Origin: Paraspadella gotoi
Lineage: Eukaryota > Animalia > Chaetognatha
Length of the DNA stretch: 64,000 bases
NCBI GenBank assembly: GCA_051294375.1
Contig: CM119263.1
Span: 20,829,661-20,893,660, forward strand
Reading direction: 5' to 3'
Below, piece by piece: positions 54,903 through 64,000 of the stretch (position 1 is the first letter of the stretch; each line of letters opens with the position of its first letter). Position numbers and translations under genes: made by a program. The notes below the pieces were generated by a model. The model saw only the letters and a program-made list of their open reading frames with translations. It ran no database searches and was not told where the DNA came from.

Positions 54903-55481
54903 GACATTCATAATAAATATTTTGTGCAAAAGAGTAGTGTGAGAGAGAGAGAGAGAGAGAGAGGAGGGTAAAGAGTTTTCCAACAAAGTGGTGAGACAGA
55001 ATAGTGGTCAGATGATTGAGACAGGTTGAAGTGAGGAAGATTGAGTGAGTTGTGAAAGAAGTGAAATTGTTAAAGAGAGAGAGATGAGAGAGAGAGAGAG
55101 AGAGAACAAAAAACAACAGGATAAATAAAATAATAAGATACATTTTTGCAATGTACAACAAAGATAAGAGATGTTTGAAAAACTAAATTGAGAAATTTTA
55201 ACATTTAACTAGTGAATAAATTAAGTAATTGCTCAAGCGGATAGTTGAAGTGAAAATGAATCTGAAAGAAAGTAGTTTTTAGTTTTCAGTTGATAATTGA
55301 GATTAAGAAAGTAACGTTCAAGGGAAAGAAAGAGCTCAAAGTGAGCTGCCCCCCTTGTTGCAAATGAGGACAAGACGATGTGACGGGTCATTGGCGTGTC
55401 AGTGGCTGAGAGGAGAGTATGAGAACTGATGAATGCCGGATTGGGAAGCGATCCTTGCGGAAAGATCCACCAGGGCTACTC

Positions 55482-57125
55482 TTATGTTCTTTGGCCTGAT
55501 ACGCCTGCCGGATGCCCTCTTCTCGCCTGCTGACGAGGTGGGCGTGTCCTTTGCCACTTTTTGTGACAGGAGTGACGGACCTCCTCTCCCTCCTCCTGAA
55601 GCCGTCGCTTTGGGCGACGCTCAGTCCGCAGAGAGAGGGACTGAGTTGCTGCATCTAGAGGAGAGGCATTGTTTGCCATTGCCTGCGGCAGGGTCTCCGC
55701 TGTCTCTGAGTGGAGACTAGGGGAGTCATTGTGCGGCGTGGTGGCGTGCGGGGCCTCACCACGCTTTTGATTAAGCGAATCATAGCTTGGAGGGAGATCG
55801 AAACGTCCTCCATCACGGTTCAAAGAGTCGAGGGCTTTGATGTAAATTGCCTCTCTAATACCTCTTGAGAACAGTTTCGGGTCATGGGACAGCACGAGAC
55901 AGTCTGATTCCCTGAACAGATGGCCTGTGTCTGCTGAATGTTCGCAATTGCGGACAAATAGTGACCTCGGGCGATCACGGTAAGGTTTTTTGTGTTGTTG
56001 GAATCGATCTGTCAGAGACTTTCCTGCTCTCCCACAGTATGCTGGCTGCACAGGATTGGTTGCCCACCCCTGCACAGGCCGCCCAGTAGACGGCTCTGAT
56101 GTTTTCCGGTCTGGGGATTTTATCTTTCGGTTTCACCATTGCTCACGTAGGAGCCGCGGGCCGTCACTGAAGTGGAGATCCCCTGCTTTGCCAGCACCCG
56201 CCAAAGCTTCAGTGATCCCCCTGGTGGTAGGGGAGGGACAAGTGACCCACGTTCCTTGGCGCTCTCTGCTTATCTTCCACTTGCGCGCTGTGGTGGGCGC
56301 GGTCGCTCTCAGCAGCAAGCTCCGTTCTGCCTCCTGGGGGTGGAGGTAGAACCTGCGTCAGCGGTTACTGGACAGCCCCTGGTTGGCCACTGTCCTCAGC
56401 AGGCGCGGCCGATATAGCCTTCTCGAAGCCACAATGGGTAGCCATTGATCGCCAGGCTCTTTTGATGTGCTCAAGCTCGGCGGCCTGAAGCTCGGGGGTC
56501 GACGGAATCAGTGCAGCTCTCCTGGTAAGGATCTGACCGTGGCGAGCTTGTGAGACAAGGGAGCATGTGAGATGAAGGGAATGTATTGGTCCGTGTGGGT
56601 CGGTTTGCGATATACTGAGAATTCCAATGAGCCGCCCTTTGCGTTGAATCAACACATCGAGCATTGGAATTGACCCATTCACCTCCCTCTCACATCGTCC
56701 ACTTGATCGCACATGGATGCTGTTCAGGTGGTTTAGTAGATCCTCAATGAGCTTTGCGCACAGCCAGAATGGTATCGTCTGCTTTCCGATACCAGAAGAG
56801 GACTGACTCTGCCCCATGCAACAATCGAAAAGAGGCCAAAGCTTCCACCTCATAGTCCTCCATATAAAAATCGCCAGAGGACTTGACGTTGATTTGCCCA
56901 TCCCTAAGCCACCAGGCTGGGCATAATATTGTCCATCGACCTGAAGTACGCCGTTCCAGGTCCAGCCGCAGCAATGCCATGATATCATCCAATTGGATTG
57001 GCGTAGCTCGTGCAATGACCGGTCTTCCCTCGAGCGGCGCTCTGCGGAAGCTAACGCCAAGTCTTGGGGAATGTTCGTAAACTGCTTTGTAAATCGCACG
57101 AGACCAAGGAGGACGTTTCGATCTC
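55482..57125 (-). pseudogene. Penelope-like reverse transcriptase plus C-terminal GIY-YIG endonuclease, multiply frameshifted
   Basis: [59 protein letters not shown] (RT). AYCG...DRFQQH, EHSADTGH, RGIREAIYIK...LNRDGG (EN). Confidence 0.9.
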
Positions 57126-58021
57126 CTCCAATGCTATGATTCGTTATCAAAAGCGTGGTGGAGGCCCGCCGCCACCACGCTCCGCGACAATGACTCCCCT
57201 ATCTCCACTCAACGAGACAGGCGAGACCTTGCGCAGGCAATGGCAAACGATGCTCTCCCTCTAATGCAGCAACTCAGTCCCTCCCTCTGCGGACTGAGCG
57301 TCGGCCCAAAGCGACGGCTTCAGGAGGAGGGAGAGGAGTCCGTCACTCCTGTCACAAAAGTGGCAAGAACGGACAACCGCCCACCTCGTCAGCAGGCGAG
57401 AAGAGGCAGCCGGCAGGCGTATCAGGCCAAAGAGACATAAGAGTAGCCCTGGGGATCTTTCCGCAAGGATCGCTTCCCAATCCGGCATTCACAGATTCGG
57501 TCATACTCTCCTCTCAGCCACTGAGCACGCCAATGACCCGTCATCATCGTCCTGTCCTTCATTTGCATAAAACAAGGGGGCCAGCTCACTTTGAGCTCTT
57601 TCTTTCCTTGAATTTCACTTTCTTAATCTCTTAATTATCAACTAAAACTAAAAACTACTTTCTTTCATATTTCATTTTCACTTAACTATCCCTTAGCTAA
57701 TTACTTATTTATTCACTAGTTAAATGTTAAAATTTCTCCAATGTTATTTTTCAAACTCCTTTATCTTTGTTGTACATTGCAAAAATGTATCTTTATTATT
57801 TATTTATCTCTGTTGTTTTTTGTTTCTCTCTCTCCTCTCTCTCTCTCTCTTTAACAAGTTTCACTTCTTTTCACAACTCACTCAATCTGTCCTCACCTTC
57901 AACCTGTCCTCACATCTGACCACTATTCTGTCTCACCACTTTGTTGGAAAAACTTTTACCCTCTCTCTCTCTCTCTCTCTCTCTCACACTCTTCTTTTGC
58001 ACAAAATTTATTATTGAATGT

Positions 58022-58068
58022 CATAAGCTGATGAAGGCTTGAAATAAGCAAGCCGAAACATGTCCAAC
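58022..58068 (+). ncRNA. Minimal type I hammerhead ribozyme in right pLTR
   Basis: CTGATGA-AGGCTTG aaataag CAAGCC-GAAAC-ATGTC. Confidence 0.8.
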
Positions 58069-59108
58069 TACTAATAAAAAATCGTTGTTAAATTCAAAAT
58101 TCTTTGCTCTCTCTAATATGTAATAATTAATTTTTATGTTATATTCAACTTATCATCATCAATGTCCTTAAAATTGGGTTGGACAGTTATTAAATTTGAT
58201 TTTGTTTACATTTTATCAAAAACAAATATCCTCTATTTTATTTTTATGTCTCCTTCTCTCTTTTCTCTCAACATCTCTCTCTCTCTCTTCTCTCTCTCTT
58301 TTTATGCAATTACGACGATCATTTATGCTTTTAAGATTTTTTTAACTTGCATCATTTTTTTCACAATTTAATTATTAATTAATTAATTAATTAATTAATT
58401 AATTAATTAATTAATTAAAACATTTATTAGTAATCATTAATATTAAAGATCAAGTAAATGTGACTTATGTTTTTTCCATCTAAACTCATTTCCGCTGGCA
58501 CAATTCCGTCAAAACTTTAATATAATTATTATATATTAATAAATATTAAAAGCTTCAGTGCAACAACCCAATGACTAATTCAAAAAGTTACAAGAAAATA
58601 GATTTAGTAGTAAAAGGAAAAAATTTTTTTTATAAGAGAACTAGAAGTTATAAAGAGTGTTTAATTTTGGCCCGCCTTACTAGATATTAGGCCGGAACAG
58701 GTTGAAAACATAAATTATAAATCATAAATAATAAGATTCAAGTAAATGTGATTTATGTTTTTCCATTTAAACATCATTTCCACTGGCACAATTCCGTCAA
58801 AACTTTATATCTAGGCTTCTTCACACACTTTCCTACCTCACAAATTTTATCTCAATCTATTATTGGTTAAATACAAAATTTCAAGTCAATTGCCCTATCC
58901 ACTCATGAGCAATTGGCGTTCAAATAGTGAAATATATTTTTTTGTTTTTTTCCATTTAAACCAATTTCCACTCGCACGATTCCCTCGAAACTTCATATCC
59001 ATATCAATCACACAGTTTCCTACCCACACACAAAATTTCATACCAATCCATCCATCCAATCACGAGTAATTGGAGTTTTTTTGCTAAGGTGGGACGGACG
59101 GACGGACG

Positions 59109-59179
<71 letters not shown>

Positions 59180-59355
59180 GGACGGACATAGTTTTTTTGC
59201 ATAATTTATCATAATTCGATGTTCTGACATGATATAAATGTGTGCCCGACAATATTGAGGGGGCGGACCGACGGACCGACAAAGTGAGTCGGGATCTGCT
59301 GATAAGCAGATCCGACTAAAACTAAAGTAACATAAGTTAGTAATAAATAAATGTT

Positions 59356-59380
59356 NNNNNNNNNNNNNNNNNNNNNNNNN
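59356..59380. other. Assembly gap (25 N)
   Basis: Run of N. Confidence 1.
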
Positions 59381-60329
59381 TGTGAGAATTGTTTAATAGT
59401 AAGAATGAAATATGAAATATAAAATGGAAGAATAAGTTATGAGGGATAGCTAAGGTAAGTTTTTTAGAGAAAAAAAAGATGAGAAAGAGCTCAAAATGAC
59501 CAAAACTGGTTCTCAAGAGGCATTAGAGAGGCGATTTACATCAAAGCCCTCGAACCCTCTTTGAACTGTGATGGAGGACGATTCGAACTCCCTCCAAGCT
59601 ATGATTCGCTAATCAAAACTGTGGTGGAGCACCCTACGCCACCTCAGCCGCATGGTGATTCCCCTGTCCCCACTCAACGGGTCAGGCAGAGACCTCCTAG
59701 CAGGCAATGGACATCTGATGCCTCTCCTGAGCCTGCAGCAACTTGGCACGACTCTTCTCGTGCTGAGCGCCGCCCAAAACGACAGGCCAGAACAGACAAC
59801 TGCCCGCCTCATCATCAGGTGAGAAGAGGGCTCTCGGCAGGCCTATCAGGCCAGAGAGATATACGAGTGGCACTTGGCATTTTTCCAGCCGGATCTTTGC
59901 CAGACCTGAACCAATCCCACTCCACCACAATATCCTCTCAGCCCATTACAGGCCAATGAACCGATCACATCGGTAATGTCCTTCATTTGCCCGGCCAGGG
60001 GGGGCCAGCTCATTTTGAGCTCTTTCTCATCTTATTTTTCTCTAAAAAACTTACCTTAGCTATCCCTCACAACTTATTCTTCCATTTCATATTTCATATT
60101 TCATTCTTACTATTAAACAATTCTCACAAACATTTATTTATTACTAACTTATGTTACTTTAGTTTTTTCACTTCTATTCACTGTTGTACATTGCCAAATG
60201 TATTGATCTCTCTCTCTCTCTCTCTCTCTTTCTTTTTCACCAATCTCAAATTCACTCACTCTCCTTCCCTTCCCTCACTTTCTCCTGTCCTAACATCTGA
60301 CCACTGTCCTTTACTCAATTTCTTTGTTG

Positions 60330-60404
<75 letters not shown>

Positions 60405-60570
60405 TCTCTCAATATCTCCCTCCTTCTCTCTCTCTCTCTAACAATATAAAAAAAGTTTGTGAAAGTATCTTTTTTTCAATGCTGATGAAGACTCGAAAAC
60501 TAGAGTCGAAACTTGTCCATTACATAAGAATAAATGTTGTTAAAGCGCGAAAAATTTCGTTTCTCCTTTA
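59381..60570 (+). mobile_element. Penelope-like 3' fragment (endonuclease C-terminus plus pLTR) preceded by an inverted pLTR piece
   Basis: RGIREAIYIKALEPSLNCDGGRFELPPSYDSL at ~59516-59610. 59381-59498 is the reverse complement of 60011-60128. Confidence 0.85.
60477..60522 (+). ncRNA. Minimal type I hammerhead ribozyme
   Basis: AATG-CTGATGA-AGACTC gaaaacta GAGTC-GAAAC-TTGTC-CATT. Confidence 0.8.
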
Positions 60571-61026
60571 GGTTCTAAACATATATAAATGTAAATTATA
60601 GTAAAGCATATTTTTCAAATACTAAGAATAAGGGGTATATTTCTTTTACTGAGAAAGATTTAAATATTGTCTTAGAGAAAAACAAAGTTTTATTAGTTTC
60701 AACGAATTTGTTTTTATTGGAAAACAGACATATCATATATAAATATTGTCTTTAACTTTATTTTAGATAATGTGTTTGTCAAATTTGGCTCCTTAATATA
60801 TAATTTATCCAATGATTTATCCAATTGGTATTCCTAATGTTTGTTTATATTATAAACAAACATTAGGAATACCAATTTTTTTTCGTTGCTAAGTGAATAT
60901 TAAGAAATGTTTATTAATGTGCCAATATAACGATTTTTATTATTAATAGTACAGGTTTCGACACTGTTGGTTCGAGTCTTCATCAGCTTTGAAAAAACAT
61001 TAACAAAATGCTCTACACATTAAGTT

Positions 61027-61070
<44 letters not shown>

Positions 61071-61665
61071 AGAGAGATTGAGGGAGAGTTTCCAACAAAT
61101 GGCTGAGTAAAGGACAGTGGCCAGATGAGAGGACAGGTGAAGGTAAGAACAAAGAAGAATAAGATAATTTTGAAATGGTGAAAAGTGAAAGAAAGAGAAA
61201 GAGAAAGAGAGAGAGAGAGAAATAATTACATTTGACAATGTACAAAAAAGATAAAATTGGAAAAACTTAGAAATAAGCTGAGATTTTGAATTAATAACAA
61301 AAGTTAAATAAGTAGTAATGAAAATTGAAATGGAGGAATAGGTGGTGAGGGATAGATAAGGTAAGAGTTTAGTGAAATATATGAGAGAAAAAAGAGCTCA
61401 AAAATGAGCTGCCCCCCCCGGGTGGACAAAGGTGGGACGCTGACGATGTGATCGGGTCATTGGCTTGTCATAGACTGAGATGATATTCTTGTAGAGTGGG
61501 ATATAATGGGGTCAGGTAAAGACCCGCCTGAGAAAATACCAAGTGCCACTCTATGAGTGGGGGGGCCAGCTCATTTTTGAGCTCTTTCTTCTCTTATATA
61601 TTTCACTAAACTCTTACCTTATCTATCCCTCACCTCCATTTCACCTCCATTTCAATTTTTATTAC

Positions 61666-61949
61666 TGTGGATAAGGTGCTAAGTGGGCTGAGGATGAAGA
61701 TATCTAACTTCTTTAACCCCCTCTAGCAGCTATGGCACGGGTCCTGGGCTTGGAACCAGGCTTGAGGGTTTTCCACGCCCCCAAGGCGGCTTACAGCCGT
61801 CCTCACACTTCCAGCAGGGTAGGTACCGGGTTGGGATTGAACCCGGTACTGAGTGGTCATGAGCTGACGGCTTTACTCAATGAGCCACCGGGTCACGACT
61901 GAAGGTGTCATGCTTAGAAGCGGGGTGAACTTTGCTATGCCCGACTACA
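61666..61949 (-). mobile_element. Solo LTR, family C (tRNA-like head plus twister motif)
   Basis: Minus strand TGTAGT...CCACA, TSD TTAC, and the empty site is visible in the opposite pLTR arm. A-box TGGCTCATTGAG and B-box GGTTCAATCCC (~61830-61893). Confidence 0.88.
61741..61812 (-). ncRNA. Twister-ribozyme motif (type P5), family C
   Basis: GTGT-GAGGA-CGGCTG-TAA-GCC-GC-[CTTGGGGG/CCCTCAAG]-CCTGG-TTCCAAGC-CCAGG. T1 covaries to TCC/GGA. P5 is weak. Confidence 0.72.
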
Positions 61950-62404
61950 TTACTACTTATTTAACTTTTGTTATTAATTCAAAATCTCAGCTTATTTTTA
62001 AGTTTTTCCAAATTTATCTTTGTTGTACATTGTCAAATGTAATTATTTCTCTCTCTTTCACTTTTCACCATTTCAAAATTATCTTCTTCTTCTCTGTTCT
62101 TACTTTCACCTGTCCTCTCATCTGGCCACTGTCCTTTACTCAGTCCTTTGTTTGAAACTCTCCCTCAATCTCTCTCACTCACTCTCCGAGAAAATTACTG
62201 GACCAAATTCATTTTTTCTTAAATATTTTGCTTATATTTATTTTTAAAAATAAATAAAACAATATATTTTCTTTTATTGTTTTAATTTCATTATCAACTA
62301 TATTTTTAATTTGTTATTACTATATTTTAAGCCCAAAATTACTTTTCCCAGATGGCATGAAATATGAGTATTATGGTGGACTAAAACCCACCAACCGTTC
62401 ATCA

Positions 62405-62477
62405 GCGGCGCATTGGTGCCGGAGGCAAGTCATTCGTCTCCCAACCAAAGGTCCGGGGTTGTAGCCCTGTGGTCGTC
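62405..62477 (+). promoter_or_regulatory. tRNA-derived Pol III (A/B box) head within the LTR
   Basis: TGGTGCCGGAGG (A-box-like), CGCCTCCCA (resembles a Gly-CCC anticodon loop; cleaner in the second LTR), GGTT(C/G)TAGCCC (B-box-like), closing GCGGCCA/TGGCCGC in some copies. Confidence 0.6.
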
Positions 62478-62479
62478 TG

Positions 62480-62553
62480 GCAGTTAAGAGGGACGGGGCG
62501 CTTAACCCGCCTGTAACATGGTGTTACAGCCTGATCCGAAGCTCAGGGACTGC
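62480..62553 (+). ncRNA. Twister-ribozyme motif (type P5), family A 5' LTR
   Basis: GCAGTT-AA-GAGG-GACGG-GGCGCT-TAA-CCC-GC-[CTGTAACA/TGTTACAG]-CCTGA-TCCGAAGC-TCAGG-GACTGC. Predicted cut between 62503 and 62504. Confidence 0.8.
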
Positions 62554-62901
62554 TTATATTGAACGGTTCTATCACTAACTCATAACAATAATTACTGTCT
62601 CTTCATTGGTGAGCCCGACTTCCGAACACAACAGCACAAACAACACTTTCAGGCGACATGCCTCAACCTGGCGATGCACTTTCCGCCCACAACACATCAG
62701 GCGACATGCCTCAACTTGGTGACGCACTTTCCACCAACAACAACAATTCACTGAAGAGACGCAACAGACATCTTCCTACGGGAGGGGGGGATGTATGGTG
62801 GACTAAAACCCACCAACCGTTCATCAGCGGCCATTGGTGCCGGAGGCAAGTCATTCGCCTCCCAACCCAAAGGTCCAGGGTTGTAGCCCTGTGGTCGTCT
62901 G

Positions 62902-62975
62902 GCAGTTAAGAGGGACGGGGCGCTTAACCCGCCTGTAACATGGTGTTACAGCCTGATCCGAAGCTCAGGGACTGT
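62902..62975 (+). ncRNA. Twister-ribozyme motif (type P5), family A 3' LTR
   Basis: Identical core. Predicted cut between 62925 and 62926. Confidence 0.8.
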
Positions 62976-63963
62976 CTTATATTGAAGGCGGGCGGTTCTA
63001 TCACTAACTCATAACAATAATTACTTTCTCTTCAGTATCAGCATTAAGTATGTAAACTACTTGGCTACTACCAGACCCAGAACCAATAAAATTATTAAAG
63101 AAGATTAATTCATTGATAAATAAAAAAATTAACAGATAATAAAAAAATTAGTAATAAAAATAAGGATGCATACATTTAAAGAGATTTGCATTGTAACATA
63201 TTCAGTTGTATCCTGATATGATTGGCAAGATTAAAACCTCGATCAAAGATGATGTAAAAATGTACACAAGACTCAAGTCGCCCAAAACCGTTTTGTATCT
63301 TATTTAGAATGTCAAAGCTCATTAGAATTCTTTGCAGAATATGATAGGGATTACTCAATACCTCCCTAGCTGATTATATTAAAAAATTCGAGCTCGATAT
63401 GAAAAGTAAGTATCCTATGGATATGATTTTCAAATAAAAAAATCTAAAAAAAATTTCTTTCTATTTTTTTATCATTAATAAAAATTTTAACTCAAAGTAA
63501 AAAAATGATATTCTTGAACATACTGAAAAATGTTTATCTTAATTAAAAACAACTATATAATAGACTCCAACCCCAATCACCAAACACCAAATACCAAACA
63601 CCAAACATATTCTTAGCTATTAATTTTTTTTTTATAAAATTATTTTATCTTACATTAAAAATATTTGGGCTAAAACTAATTGAATTTCAATGTTGAGCAA
63701 ATTAAAGTTTTATATTTGATAAAGATTTTGTTTAAAAATTAATACCGAAAAATATCCTATTTTGTTATTTTTTTAATTTTATATGAAAATTTACAAAATT
63801 ACTTGTTTCACTATCTTATATTTTTATATTTTATGAATGTTTTACTATTTAAACTATATTATTTAATTATATACTTTTTTAAAATATTATTTGATTATTA
63901 TATCTAATAACTCATTTTTAGAGGGGGAGGTCAGTATCGTCTTCTGGAAATAAAGGAAGCATC

Positions 63964-64000
63964 TGAAGAGACAGTAATTATTGATAAGTGTTAATGACAG
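63964..64000 (-). mobile_element. End of another family A LTR, running off the window
   Basis: TGAAGAGACAGTAATTATTG...TTAATGACAG. Confidence 0.8.

Larger units (their letters stand above)
54790..58115 (-). mobile_element. Penelope-like retroelement, 5'-truncated, flanked by ~1-kb inverted pLTR arms (~54790-55790, ~57130-58115)
   Basis: RT and GIY-YIG remnants between inverted repeats that each end in a hammerhead motif. Confidence 0.9.
60880..62185. mobile_element. Inverted pair of Penelope-like pLTRs (degenerate hammerhead at ~60950-60990, minus)
   Basis: 61065-61420 is the reverse complement of 61560-62180, excluding the 61666-61949 insert. Confidence 0.8.
62372..63034 (+). mobile_element. 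Miniature LTR element family A, full length
   Basis: LTRs 62372-62605 and 62794-63034 (TA...CA), PBS TGGTGAGCCCGAC 62607-62619, PPT GGGAGGGGGGGA 62780-62791, TSD GTAT. Confidence 0.93.

Noticed and set aside
62405-62477. Functional tRNA gene
   Set aside because: Anticodon and T stems do not pair properly, and it is part of a repeated LTR.

Overview
AT-rich, microsatellite-rich eukaryotic DNA, probably an invertebrate (degenerate TTAGGG tracts), with three N gaps and some error-rich segments. It holds one spliced minus-strand host gene: 9 exons, 9585-26327, about 548 aa, built from four ~100-aa LRR-like super-repeats. Most of the remaining sequence is mobile DNA. (1) Penelope-like retroelements: a frameshifted RT + GIY-YIG copy at ~55.4-57.15 kb, many pLTR fragments carrying minimal type I hammerhead ribozymes, and a Naiad-type N-terminal GIY-YIG fragment. 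(2) hAT-like and other MITEs and Helentron/DINE-like elements. (3) The main finding: non-coding miniature LTR elements (LTR-PBS-short spacer-PPT-LTR, 4-bp TSDs) whose LTRs contain a circularly permuted (type P5) twister-ribozyme motif, in three families directly downstream of a tRNA-like Pol III head. The motif occurs in four divergent LTR families, with compensatory changes in both pseudoknots and a self-complementary P1. This looks like a twister-based LTR retrozyme system. All structures were read by eye, and ribozyme activity and novelty are untested.
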